57,190 bases of DNA from Acidobacteriota bacterium (GCA_003225335.1 QHZE01000454.1:1-57190); one strand, 5' to 3'; counted from the first letter of the stretch, positions 9,686 to 19,454 are shown. Numbers and translations are program-made. Notes: generated from the sequence alone by a model not told the origin.

Positions 9686-10561
9686 CTACTTGGGTGGCAC
9701 CGGTTTCGAAAAGAAGGAATCGAGAAGATTGTTGCTCAGCGTGATCTTGGTCAGAAAGAGCTGGGATGCCTTCCGGCCGTTGACGAAACCGTCGATGCGA
9801 AGAGGAAGTTTTACTCCCTGAACGACGTGCCACTGACTGTACTCTTCCACATTCCTGAGGTGGACTCCTCGTTTGTCCACATCTCGATATTCCACCTTGG
9901 CCGGCAATTTGCTCAAACGGTCAAAGTAAATCGTGACCGTATCGTTTTCCGGATCCAGAATCTGCACCAACTCGAGGGAAACGTCACCCCCCTCTCCCGG
10001 CCCGAGATAGAAGACCTTGTTCTGAGGATCCTTCCAGCGGAAGCGCAGGATGTTGTCCAGGCTGTGCTTGACGGCGTTTTTGAAAGACTTCATCTCGTCC
10101 GGCGTGGCGTCGCGAGTGTCCTTCTGCCCCTCCAGGATCCAGCCTTCGTTCTTTTCGAGGTTGAAGACGGTGACATCGCGTTCCTTTTTCTTGTTGCCCA
10201 GTTCGTTTCGGCTTTTGTCGGGGAATTTTGTCCAGTCGTTGAATTTGATGAGTCCCGAGGAGTCCCCGTCTCGGTTGAAGAGAAAGTAATTCCCCTCGCT
10301 CACCGTATCGGTGACTTTCAAGTAGGTCTCGCCGCCCATGGCCTCGATCGCCTCGCGGAATAGTTTCTGGATCTTTTCCTCGTCCTGCGCCGGCAGCAGA
10401 GGAATTAGCAACACCGCGCACGCCAGAAACAGGCAAAATTTCGGATTGCGGATTGCGGATTGCGGATTGGGAAAAACCGTAAATCGGAAGCCCGAGATCC
10501 GCAATCCGCAATCCGCAATCCGCAATCCGCAATCGACGTCAGTTTCCGATGTATTTCGCAT
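9686..10561 (-). CDS. Exported protein, possible LolA-like / lipoprotein-sorting fold
   Basis: Signal-like KFCLFLACAVLLIPLLPAQ followed by AIEAMGGE..TDTVSEG and a beta-rich body ending FFSKP. Start uncertain; ATG 10561 overlaps the end of moeB. Confidence 0.7.
   Translation of the reverse strand: MRNTSETDVDCGLRIADCGLRISGFRFTVFPNPQSAIRNPKFCLFLACAVLLIPLLPAQDEEKIQKLFREAIEAMGGETYLKVTDTVSEGNYFLFNRDGDSSGLIKFNDWTKFPDKSRNELGNKKKERDVTVFNLEKNEGWILEGQKDTRDATPDEMKSFKNAVKHSLDNILRFRWKDPQNKVFYLGPGEGGDVSLELVQILDPENDTVTIYFDRLSKLPAKVEYRDVDKRGVHLRNVEEYSQWHVVQGVKLPLRIDGFVNGRKASQLFLTKITLSNNLLDSFFSKPVPPK
10442..10534. repeat. GGATTGC / AATCCGC heptamer hairpin inside the 5' end of the exported-protein ORF
   Basis: About four heptamer units on the left arm and five on the right; reads [11 protein letters not shown]...NPQSAIRNP in frame. 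Confidence 0.9.
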
Positions 10562-11561
10562 AGATGCGCTGCGCCTCATCCGAATTCTGGGTGCCTCGGA
10601 TAATGCCGCGCCCGTCTCGGAAAAGTGCGATCTCCAGATTGTCTACGTGGGCCCGCAACAGAAACTCGTTGTACTGGACCGGCCCCAATCGCGCGAGGCG
10701 TTCGGCGATGGGTTTGAAATCGACCGGCCTGGGACTGCTTCTCCATATCTGAACGGCGTTGCGGCCGCACAGTGCCTGCGTCCGCCCCTCGTGCGCCCCT
10801 TCAAGGAACTCGAATCGCCGCTGGCCGCAGGCAGGGCACCGGCCGTCGCGATTCAGTTGGGACAGGTCCAGTGTCGCAACCCGATTTTCCCATACGTCCA
10901 CAGTGACAACCTTGCGGTTCACCTGGCGCAGGTTCCCGGTAAGGATTTTCAAGGCCTCCGCGGCCTGCAGGGCGGCAACCAGGTGGACGATCGGCCCTAC
11001 GACTCCGCTTGTATCACAGGTGGGAGAGCTTCCCGGAGGAGGAAGTTGCTGCAAAACGCAGCGCAGACAAGCGGTCAGGCCCGGCAAGAAAGCCAGGCAC
11101 AGCCCGTAGCTTCCCACGCATGCGCCGTAGATCCAGGGAATGTTCCATTTCAGGCTGGCATCGTTAAGCAGATAGCGCGTTTCAAAGTTGTCGGTTCCGT
11201 CGAGGATCAGGTCCTGTTCTTGAACGAGAGACGCCACCGACAGCGCGTTCACGTCCGCGATTCGCTCCACGATCTCCACGGCGCTATTGATCTCGCGCAG
11301 ATGCCGCACCGCCGCGACAGCCTTCGGCAATCCCTCCCGGGCATCGGCCTCGGTGTAGAGCGACTGGCGCTGCAGGTTGGACTCGTCCACATAGTCCCTG
11401 TCCGCCAGTGTGAGGCGTCCGATGCCCGCGCGCACCAGGATCTCGGCAAGCACCGAGCCGAGGGCGCCGCACCCAACGAGAAGCACGCGCGCACGGCCCA
11501 GTTTTTCCTGACCTTCCCGTCCAATGGGCTGGAAGAGAACTTGCCTGGAATATCTTTCCAT
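10539..11561 (-). CDS. moeB: ThiF/MoeB-family adenylyltransferase (E1-like)
   Basis: RYSRQ, GCGALG, DRDYVDESNLQRQ, DGTDNFETR, CLRC and CPAC zinc ligands. Start placed at MERYSRQ. Confidence 0.88.
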   Translation of the reverse strand: MERYSRQVLFQPIGREGQEKLGRARVLLVGCGALGSVLAEILVRAGIGRLTLADRDYVDESNLQRQSLYTEADAREGLPKAVAAVRHLREINSAVEIVERIADVNALSVASLVQEQDLILDGTDNFETRYLLNDASLKWNIPWIYGACVGSYGLCLAFLPGLTACLRCVLQQLPPPGSSPTCDTSGVVGPIVHLVAALQAAEALKILTGNLRQVNRKVVTVDVWENRVATLDLSQLNRDGRCPACGQRRFEFLEGAHEGRTQALCGRNAVQIWRSSPRPVDFKPIAERLARLGPVQYNEFLLRAHVDNLEIALFRDGRGIIRGTQNSDEAQRIYAKYIGN

Positions 11562-11621
11562 CGCCAGTCTCCGCAGTCTGGTCAATATCGTAGCATAAGC
11601 GTCATGTGTGAGGGCTAGTAG

Positions 11622-11678
11622 CCACAGAGCCACAGAGACACCGAGAAAATCTGTCTCTGTGTCTCCGTGGCTCTGTGG
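11622..11678. repeat. CCACAGAG / CTCTGTGG hairpin between divergent moeB and PBP genes
   Basis: ccacagagccacagagacac ... ctctgtgtctccgtggctctgtgg. Confidence 0.8.
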
Positions 11679-11738
11679 ATAGAATCGGGCTCACAAGCTG
11701 ATATAATTCGCCGATATGCTCAGGGAGTTGAACCATTC

Positions 11739-14138
11739 ATGAGATTTCCCCGAATCCGCTTTTGGAAGATCGCCGCTGCTCTGGTCAGCATTCCGGCGAT
11801 TGTCATCGGGATTTTTCTCATCCGCTACTATTTCATTTTCAACCGTATCATGACGGAAAAGCTCGCCAAACACTATACGCTCGGCGACACGCAGATTTTC
11901 GCCGGCCCCTCCGTCCTCTATCCGGGAAAGCCTCTGCCGCCCAGTGACCTCGTCACCGCGATCCGGCGCATGGGCTACGTCGAGGAAGAAAAGCCCGGGC
12001 GCGCGTCGCTCTCCACTTTCCGGGTTGAGAAGGCGAATCGGATACTCCTTCACAACGAGGCCAATCTGCCTGAAGATGCCAATCGATCCGCGGAAGTGCA
12101 TTTCTCGGCCAACTCGATCCGTTCGATCGTGGACGCTGATACGCGCGCGCCCTTGAACCGCTTCTCTCTGAAACCCGAACTGTTGAGCAATGTCATCAAC
12201 AAAAACCGTGAAAAACGCAGGTATGTTTCCTATCGCGATCTGCCGAAGGTGCTTGTCAACGCGGTGCTGGCCTCGGAAGACCGGCGTTTTTTCAGTCACA
12301 GCGGCGTCGATCCCATTCGCATTCTCAAGGCCCTGATTATCGACGTCCGCGAGGGCGACACTGTGCAGGGCGCCAGCACGTTAACACAGCAGTTTGTGAA
12401 GAACTACTTCCTGACGCCGGAGCGGACCTGGAAGCGTAAGTTGGCGGATGCCTACATGTCGATACTGTTGGAACAGCGCCTCTCCAAGGAGGAGATTTTC
12501 GAACTGTACAGCAATGATGTCTATCTCGGGCAGAGGGGGTCCTTCGGCATCGTCGGATTCGGAGAGGCGGCAGAAGCTTACTTTGACAAGAGTGTGAAAG
12601 ATCTTACGCTGGGGGAAGCGGCTACCTTGGCAGGCATCATTTCTGCGCCCAATCGATACACGCCTATTCGCTATCCCGACAAGACCAAAGCCCGCCGGAA
12701 CCTTGTTCTGGACGTGATGGCCGAGTCCGGGACGATCTCGCGGAAGGAAAGGGACGAGGCCAAGGCCAAACCCCTCGAAGTTAAGCCCAGTTCCGCGTTC
12801 AATTACTCGGAGGCTCCCTACTTTGTCGATTACGTTCAGGACATTCTGGTCGATAAGTTTGGCGATCCCGTCCTCACGCGCTCCAACTACAAGATCTACA
12901 CCAGCCTGGACTTCGGAGTGCAGCAGGCCGCGTTTGAATCGATCCGTGAAGGCCTTGTCGAGCTCGACGCGCACTTCGCGAAGGGGAAAAGAGGAATCCC
13001 GCCCGGCACGGTGCAAGCCAGCCTGATCGCCCTGGATCCCAGGAACGGCCGGATACTTGCCATGGTGGGCGGTCGAAATTACGGAGCCAGCCAGTTCAAC
13101 CGGATCACACAGTCAAGCCGGCAGCCTGGGAGCATCTTTAAGCCTTTTGTTTACACGGCGGCGCTCGAGACGGCATATGGAAATGCCGAGCCTCTGACCG
13201 CGGTCTCCACTGTGCTGGACGAGCCGACCTCCTTCTCATTTGAGGACCTGGTCTACGAGCCCAGAAACTTCAAGGACGAATATCTCGGCCAGGTGACGAT
13301 GCGGCAGGCGATATCCAAATCGCTGAACGTCGCCACAATCAAATTGGCCGAGAGAGTGGGGTACCCCAAGATCACGGAGCTGGCGCGCCGGCTGGGTCTG
13401 AACGAGCAGATCAAGCCTTATCCTGCCATGGCTATCGGCGCCTTCGAGGTGACCCCGATTGAGATGGCGCGAGCCTATACCGCCTTTGCCAACGGCGGCC
13501 GCCTCGCCGAGCTTACACCGGTTTTGAAAATCACTGACGGGCAAGCCGGACTGGTTTTTGCGGCAAGTCCAAAGAGCGAGCCGGTTCTCGCGCCTCAAGT
13601 GGCATTCATGATCACTTCCCTTTTGGAGTCCGTGGTCAACAATGGCACAGGGGCGGGGGTACGCGCCCGCGGGTTCAACCTGCCCGCCGCGGGCAAAACG
13701 GGCACGTCCCATGACGGCTGGTTCGCGGGGTATACGCCGGATCTGCTCTGCATCGTCTGGGTCGGGTTCGACGACAATCGGGAGCTCAACCTTTCCGGGT
13801 CCCAGTCTGCGCTGCCAATCTGGACGGCGTTCATGAAACGCGCCGTCACACGATATCCCTCGAGCGGCGAGGGGTTCACGCCGCCGGAAGGGATCGTTCA
13901 GGTTGAAATCGACCCGACCACCGGGCTCCTTGCCACAGAACACTGCCTCGACCGGCAGTCAGAGTACTTCATCAAGGGAACAGAACCCGCTATCCAGTGC
14001 TACGGTAACAGCTACGAGCAGATGCTCGGCGGGGCCTCCGGCATTTACTCCTCTCCCACTAAAGACTCTCCCAACAGTGCCGATAGTAAGGATGTACTTC
14101 CCCCCGAGGAAAAGAGAAAGCCGGCAAACCTGCCTTAG
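11739..14138 (+). CDS. mrcB: Class A penicillin-binding protein (PBP1b-like: TM, UB2H-like, transglycosylase, transpeptidase)
   Basis: EDRRF, QGASTLTQQ, SIFK (SxxK), SLN (SxN), KTG. Single N-terminal TM; start at MRFPRIRF. Confidence 0.88.
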   Translation: MRFPRIRFWKIAAALVSIPAIVIGIFLIRYYFIFNRIMTEKLAKHYTLGDTQIFAGPSVLYPGKPLPPSDLVTAIRRMGYVEEEKPGRASLSTFRVEKANRILLHNEANLPEDANRSAEVHFSANSIRSIVDADTRAPLNRFSLKPELLSNVINKNREKRRYVSYRDLPKVLVNAVLASEDRRFFSHSGVDPIRILKALIIDVREGDTVQGASTLTQQFVKNYFLTPERTWKRKLADAYMSILLEQRLSKEEIFELYSNDVYLGQRGSFGIVGFGEAAEAYFDKSVKDLTLGEAATLAGIISAPNRYTPIRYPDKTKARRNLVLDVMAESGTISRKERDEAKAKPLEVKPSSAFNYSEAPYFVDYVQDILVDKFGDPVLTRSNYKIYTSLDFGVQQAAFESIREGLVELDAHFAKGKRGIPPGTVQASLIALDPRNGRILAMVGGRNYGASQFNRITQSSRQPGSIFKPFVYTAALETAYGNAEPLTAVSTVLDEPTSFSFEDLVYEPRNFKDEYLGQVTMRQAISKSLNVATIKLAERVGYPKITELARRLGLNEQIKPYPAMAIGAFEVTPIEMARAYTAFANGGRLAELTPVLKITDGQAGLVFAASPKSEPVLAPQVAFMITSLLESVVNNGTGAGVRARGFNLPAAGKTGTSHDGWFAGYTPDLLCIVWVGFDDNRELNLSGSQSALPIWTAFMKRAVTRYPSSGEGFTPPEGIVQVEIDPTTGLLATEHCLDRQSEYFIKGTEPAIQCYGNSYEQMLGGASGIYSSPTKDSPNSADSKDVLPPEEKRKPANLP

Positions 14139-14171
14139 AACATGATTTCGTAAATATGGCAACGTTTATTC

Positions 14172-14370
14172 CGCCCCAGCGAGGCGAAAGGAAATTAGCC
14201 GGGGGTGAGCGAAGCGAATCCCTGGTGGAAGAGGAACAACGATACGCACCCCGGCAGGGGTCGCCGGAGGTCCCAGCGCCGCTGCCGGGGCGCATTTCGT
14301 TTGTTGCAATATTCCCGGGGGTTCGCTTGCGCTCACGCGCGGCTAAGCTCCCAGCGCCCTTCCAGGGCGC
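14172..14370. repeat. Long composite REP-like palindromic element
   Basis: Nested inverted arms: ttagccgggggtgagcgaagcgaatccctgg ... cccgggggttcgcttgcgctcacgcgcggctaa; ccccggcag ... ctgccgggg; gcgcccttccagggcgc. Confidence 0.75.
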
Positions 14371-14391
14371 ACTTGCCTCGGATCTTGAAGA

Positions 14392-17300
14392 ATGCTAGTC
14401 GGCGACCATGTCACCTTACATCCGAGGCCTAGGTTTCCCGATCCCATGGAAGCCGGCGGTCATTCGATCCGAGAGACATATGTTCTGACCCGGGAGACGG
14501 GGGAGATCTGCGCTCGTATTCTGCGCCGGCTCGCCTGTTATGCGGATTCCCAGCCCGGAGGATTCTTCTTCACAGGTGAGCGTGGAGTGGGAAAGACCCA
14601 CCTCCTTCGCTACCTTGGCACGTTCCTCGAGAATCTATCGGACCCGGAATGGGCTGTGTTTGAACCGTTCCTTCCCGATAACGCCCAACCTCGTGTGCCA
14701 GTAAACAGCTTGTTCATAAACATCCCGGAAGACCCCTCCGTCCCGCTGGGGCGTTTTCTGGCGGCGCAATTGGGAACGCCGAAGCCGTCCGCTCCCGGCA
14801 TCAGTGAAAAGCCTGAGGCCGACCTTTCAGAAGAAGAGTTTGCCGCCTTGATCCCGGAGGCCGTTTCGGAGCAGGCTATGCGCTCCGTGGGCATGCTGGT
14901 TCTGGACAACATCTCCCGGCGTCTCGATCGGATCGCCACTCCCGAGAGTCTGGAGCGGGAATTTCGGCTTCTCAAGATCGTGACGGACAGCTTTGCACCG
15001 AGTGGCGTGCTGGTTGTTCTGATAATGGACGAGCAGCATCTCAAGTGGGAAGACGCAACCGGCATACAGTTGACCCTCATGAACAGCCTGGGAGACTCCT
15101 GCGACTTTATCTGGCTCAGCCGCAATCATATTGTGGAGATCATCGCTTCGGCGCTGGCGAGCAAGAACGACGGTCAGAAACTGGCAATCCGCGGAATCTT
15201 GAATCGGCTACGAAAAAAGCTTCCTTACTTCGGAACGAAGGCGGAAAACTTTATCGACCTTTACCCGATTCACCCCGATGTGTTTTACAGTCTCTTTCGC
15301 TTGCGCTCGCTCCTCCCCGGATTCTCCCCTCTGCGTTTTGTCCAGGGCGCCATCGATGCGATGAGCGGAGAGCCCGCGGAGCGTCTCGTCACCCTCGATT
15401 TCCTGTTTGATCGCATAGTGGACGATTTGAGGGCGTCCGGCAAATACACATCCTTGCTCTACGCCTATGACCGTCTTCAGCAGGAAATCGTGCCGTTTCT
15501 GAAGCCCGCAGTACAAGCCAGGGCCCAGTTGTTGCTGAAGGGAATCGCTTTCCTGTCGATCTGCGAGTCCCAGCCTCCTTCCGTTCGAGCGCTCACCAAC
15601 TCCCTGTTGATCTATCATGACGCGGATTTCCTGCCGAGCTACAGCATGACCTCGGCCATCCTGATGGAGCTGGAACAAAAGGGGGGGAAATATCTTGTAG
15701 CCGAAGGAGAGAAGCAAGACCGCCGCTACCGCCTGCTCGATTCGTCAAACAGACTCGGTTTCCCCACGGTGCGGGACCTTCTGGCGAACGAAGACGAGTT
15801 TGCCCTCCAGTTTCCGCTTCTCGTTTATGAGTGGTTGCACAGCGAAATCCCGGATTGGAACCCCGACACCACAGCGCGGGCTTTGCGCAACTCCCAGTCG
15901 CTGGTGTCCCCCGCTCCGGGAGAGCTGAATGCCCCAAGGGGATTGGTTTTTTTCAAGAGTATCTTCGACCCAATCTGGTCGCCCGAGGATCTGGTATCGC
16001 TTGAAGAGAGTCCATTTCCATGGATCCTGTTGATACTGAGTCCCTTCGAGCGTTTCTACGAATTCGAACAGGCTTTCCGCGAGCTGTCCTCCGGCCTGAG
16101 CCGGCTGATCGTCTGGCACCCGGACATTCCGACCCTCGATGAAACCGGGCAATTACGCAAGCTCGCCGCGGAACGTTATGACCTTGAGTTGAACAGGCCT
16201 CCCAAAGCAACGTCCGCCGAGAAAGAGGGGTGGAACAAGGCCAGGCTCGAAGCCGGGGAGATTCTGCAGTCCCTGTATGTTCAGCGCGGGCGCCTGATGA
16301 CCGCGTCCGTTCAGTTCTCCGTCGGGGATGAGATCAAAAAACAGAGACTCTCCGGTTTCATTGCGGGTCACCTTGTGTTCCTGCAGGATGCTTTCGAAGC
16401 CGGCCTGGCCGGTTCAGGTCTGCCCCAGGCAGGAGTCGCCGCGCGAGATTTGGAGTCTGAAAAACAATGGCTGCACTGGGCAGCGCTATTGGCCGGCCGG
16501 GATGCCATTCGCGACAGCAACCCGGACGAAGCGAAGAAGCAAGTGATCGACTGGTGGATCCACGTAGAATCTGCGGGTCTGGCAGGCGGGCTGGTGGAGC
16601 TCCCTGACAGTCTCCTCACCATTCAGTTCTGGGACTACGTGAAGTCTTTTGGGACTTATCTGGAGCTGTTGCGTCCTGCCATGATACGGCTGCGCGAGGG
16701 AGATCAGACTTTCGAAGAAACAATGGCCCAGGTGGCGCGATCCTTTAACCTCGAAGAAGACCGTCTGCAAATATGGAAACAGTCGCTTGAGAATCTCCGG
16801 GGATTCATTCGCTGGGTTTCTGGCTTTGAACGCGCTTGCAATTATCTTTATTCCGCCGTTCCTACAGGCCAGCAGGCGCTCGAGCGCATCCGAAGCCAAC
16901 TCCTGGCTTCTCTGGACCGCCCAGAGCACTTTCTCGATGCGCTTAATCGGGACACCTTCGAGCAGCGGTTCCTCCAGTTCAAGAAGGGCTACGTGGACTA
17001 TTACTGCAGGGTGCACGACAGTGCCCTGCACATCGCCGGACGAGAGGGGAAAACAGAATCGAAGCTGGACCACGCCGCCCTCCGCAACCTGGAAATGCTT
17101 TCGAATCTGCCGTTCGCAGACAAGAACTATCTGAACCGCGTACGAATTATCGGGAAGTGGGTCGAGGCCAACCAATGCGACTTTCCCGTACTCGAAATCC
17201 TGGAGAGTTACCCCCGCTGCTATTGCAGCTTCAACCCGGCAGGAAACACACACCTGCGTGAGTCGGTAACCCAGATGAATGCCATTATCCAGGACGGCGT

Positions 17301-17514
17301 CCAGTACTTCAGAAATATCCTGCGGCGCTGCAAGACGCGCGTCATCCAGGGACTCAAGACCATGAACGTTGACGACCTCCACGCCCGCCAGATTGCCGCC
17401 TTATTAAGCCAACGGCGCATGGTTCTGCTGGAGCCGCGCACGGTCGAAATCTTGAACCGCATTATCCAGAAGAACTCCAAGAGCTTCCAGGCCCAGATCC
17501 GTTCCCTGCGCTAG
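14392..17514 (+). CDS. Divergent DUF6079-like (BREX BrxC/PglY-type) large P-loop protein
   Basis: ETYVLTRE, FFTGERGVGKTHLL (Walker A), LVLDNIS (Walker B without Glu), FIDLYPIHPD and late RCYCSFNP. These parallel recalled DUF6079 motifs (TYVIS, GNYGTGKSHLM, LVVDE, LFPVHPD, CPHCGFRP). Confidence 0.7.
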   Translation: MLVGDHVTLHPRPRFPDPMEAGGHSIRETYVLTRETGEICARILRRLACYADSQPGGFFFTGERGVGKTHLLRYLGTFLENLSDPEWAVFEPFLPDNAQPRVPVNSLFINIPEDPSVPLGRFLAAQLGTPKPSAPGISEKPEADLSEEEFAALIPEAVSEQAMRSVGMLVLDNISRRLDRIATPESLEREFRLLKIVTDSFAPSGVLVVLIMDEQHLKWEDATGIQLTLMNSLGDSCDFIWLSRNHIVEIIASALASKNDGQKLAIRGILNRLRKKLPYFGTKAENFIDLYPIHPDVFYSLFRLRSLLPGFSPLRFVQGAIDAMSGEPAERLVTLDFLFDRIVDDLRASGKYTSLLYAYDRLQQEIVPFLKPAVQARAQLLLKGIAFLSICESQPPSVRALTNSLLIYHDADFLPSYSMTSAILMELEQKGGKYLVAEGEKQDRRYRLLDSSNRLGFPTVRDLLANEDEFALQFPLLVYEWLHSEIPDWNPDTTARALRNSQSLVSPAPGELNAPRGLVFFKSIFDPIWSPEDLVSLEESPFPWILLILSPFERFYEFEQAFRELSSGLSRLIVWHPDIPTLDETGQLRKLAAERYDLELNRPPKATSAEKEGWNKARLEAGEILQSLYVQRGRLMTASVQFSVGDEIKKQRLSGFIAGHLVFLQDAFEAGLAGSGLPQAGVAARDLESEKQWLHWAALLAGRDAIRDSNPDEAKKQVIDWWIHVESAGLAGGLVELPDSLLTIQFWDYVKSFGTYLELLRPAMIRLREGDQTFEETMAQVARSFNLEEDRLQIWKQSLENLRGFIRWVSGFERACNYLYSAVPTGQQALERIRSQLLASLDRPEHFLDALNRDTFEQRFLQFKKGYVDYYCRVHDSALHIAGREGKTESKLDHAALRNLEMLSNLPFADKNYLNRVRIIGKWVEANQCDFPVLEILESYPRCYCSFNPAGNTHLRESVTQMNAIIQDGVQYFRNILRRCKTRVIQGLKTMNVDDLHARQIAALLSQRRMVLLEPRTVEILNRIIQKNSKSFQAQIRSLR

Positions 17515-17530
17515 TTGTTGGAGGCCGGTT

Positions 17531-17584
17531 TGGAGTTCAGCCTTTAGGCTGCCCAGGAGCTGTGCAGGTTAAAGCCTGAACTCT
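17531..17584. repeat. GGAGTTCAG..CCTGAACTC REP-like palindrome, possible terminator between convergent genes
   Basis: ggagttcagcctttaggctgc ... gcaggttaaagcctgaactc; same family at 20882-20933, 46630-46808 and a partial copy at 50912-50935. Confidence 0.8.
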
Positions 17585-17599
17585 AAGCCACAGGGGTGG

Positions 17600-19333
17600 T
17601 TACTTTGTAATCAGAAAATTGCCCAATACCAGGGCATCCATCTTCGTGGTGGCGAAGCAGTGCAACGCATCCTGCGGAGAGCAGACAATGGGCTCGTTTT
17701 CGTTGAAGGAAGTGTTCAGGACCAGCGGTATGCCGGTCCGCCGGCGGAAGGATTCGATCAGATTCCAAAAGCGAGGATTGACGCTGCGCGAGACGGACTG
17801 GACCCGGCCCGTGTTGTCCACGTGACGGGTGGCCGGGATATTCGCGCTTCTTCCCGGCCGCACCTTGAACACCATCAGCATAAACGGAGAGGGATACGAG
17901 TCTTCAAAGTATTCCTGGACATATTCCTCCAACACGGCCGGAGCAAAAGGCCGGAAACTCTCCCGGTGCTTGATGCGCAGGTTCAAGAGGTCCTTCATCT
18001 CAGGCTGGCGCGGGTCCGCAAGGATGCTCCTGTTCCCCAAAGCTCGGGGACCAAACTCCATTCGCCCCTGAAACCAGCCTACAATCTTTCCCGAGGCTAT
18101 CAATTCTGCGGCGCGCTCTTCCACGTCGTCAGCCCGCTGATATGAAGCCCCAAAACTTCTAATCGCCTCCTCCAGTTCCGCATCGCTGTATTCCGGCCCC
18201 AGATAGGCGTCTCTCATTACGTAGGTGCGGGGATTTCCGAGGAGGGTGTTCCAGATGTAGAAGGCAACACCCAGCGCCGTTCCGCTGTCGCCGGCCGCGG
18301 GCTGGATAAAGATCTCCCGAAAAGGAGTTTGCTGCCGGATGAGGCCATTCGCCACGCTGTTATAAGCCACTCCGCCCGCGAGGCACAGATTCGTCGAGCC
18401 CGTGTACCGGTGAAGCGCGTTGAGAATTCTGAAGAGATGCGCTTCCAGGCATTTTTGCAGCGAGGCAGCGATGTCCCGGTGGTGCTGGGTGATTTCTTCA
18501 TGAGGCAGACGCGCAGGGCCGAAAATCTCGGCGAGCTTGTCCGAATAAACTCTGCCGACGTGCGGTTTCCCTTCATCCCAGCTCATCTCGACCCCTCGGG
18601 CGTGATGGGTGAAGAAGTCGAGGTTCAGCTGAAAGCCGTGTTCGCCGTCCGGTTTGACAATGCTCATCATCTCGTCCAGGTACCGGGGCTCGCCGTAAGG
18701 AGCCAGCGCCATTACCTTTCCCTCATCCCCGTAATTGAGAAATCCGAGATACTGGGTGATGGAGGTATAAAAGAGACCGAGAGAGTGAGGAAACAGCACG
18801 GAATCCAGTTTCTCGACGTTTCCTCCCGCGCCGCGACCGAGCATGGTGCTGCAGAAATCACCAAAGCCGTCCACGGAAAGCAGGGCCGCTTCCTGGAAAG
18901 GCGAGACCAGGAACGCGCTGGCCATGTGCGCCACGTGGTGCTCCACATTGTGAAATTCCATCTTGAGGTCGGACTCGCGAACGCCAAGGGAGTCCGCCAA
19001 CACGGTCTGGATATTTCGAATCCTGTCGACGTTGCGCAGACGGTCCAGGCCCTGCTGTGTGAACATGAGACGGTTGTAAAGAACGAAGGTTATCTTGTTG
19101 ATGAGGTGCGCGCTGGGAACGCGGGAAATTCCGATGTGATCCACTTCCGAAATGGAAATACCCGCACGCCGCAAGCAATACCGGATCGCGTGAGAGGGAA
19201 AGCCCGCGGAGTGCTTCATCCGGCTAAACCGCTCCTCTTCGACTGCAGCCACGACGCTCCCGTCCTTGAGAAGAACTGCCGATGCGTCTCCGTGGTAGGC
19301 ATTTATTCCAAGAATGTAGGTTGCTTTCCCCAT
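17600..19333 (-). CDS. O-carbamoyltransferase (NodU/CmcH family)
   Basis: YHGDASAVL, VEEERF, VEHHVAH, GGVAYN, EFGPRALGNRS, FRPFAP, LNTSFN. Confidence 0.92.
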   Translation of the reverse strand: MGKATYILGINAYHGDASAVLLKDGSVVAAVEEERFSRMKHSAGFPSHAIRYCLRRAGISISEVDHIGISRVPSAHLINKITFVLYNRLMFTQQGLDRLRNVDRIRNIQTVLADSLGVRESDLKMEFHNVEHHVAHMASAFLVSPFQEAALLSVDGFGDFCSTMLGRGAGGNVEKLDSVLFPHSLGLFYTSITQYLGFLNYGDEGKVMALAPYGEPRYLDEMMSIVKPDGEHGFQLNLDFFTHHARGVEMSWDEGKPHVGRVYSDKLAEIFGPARLPHEEITQHHRDIAASLQKCLEAHLFRILNALHRYTGSTNLCLAGGVAYNSVANGLIRQQTPFREIFIQPAAGDSGTALGVAFYIWNTLLGNPRTYVMRDAYLGPEYSDAELEEAIRSFGASYQRADDVEERAAELIASGKIVGWFQGRMEFGPRALGNRSILADPRQPEMKDLLNLRIKHRESFRPFAPAVLEEYVQEYFEDSYPSPFMLMVFKVRPGRSANIPATRHVDNTGRVQSVSRSVNPRFWNLIESFRRRTGIPLVLNTSFNENEPIVCSPQDALHCFATTKMDALVLGNFLITK

Positions 19334-19454
19334 CTGTTGCCGCTCCGGTCGACAAGGCCCATTCTAACAGACCTGTATCGTCTCTTGTAAGGGACTACTT
19401 GAGAACTCTTTCTGTCAAGTCATGAACTCCGGCTCTCGTGGCAAAAAAGATCGT

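Noticed and set aside
14392-17514. Complete BREX system
   Set aside because: No pglZ, methyltransferase, brxA, brxF or brxH gene in the window; only the single BrxC-like gene.
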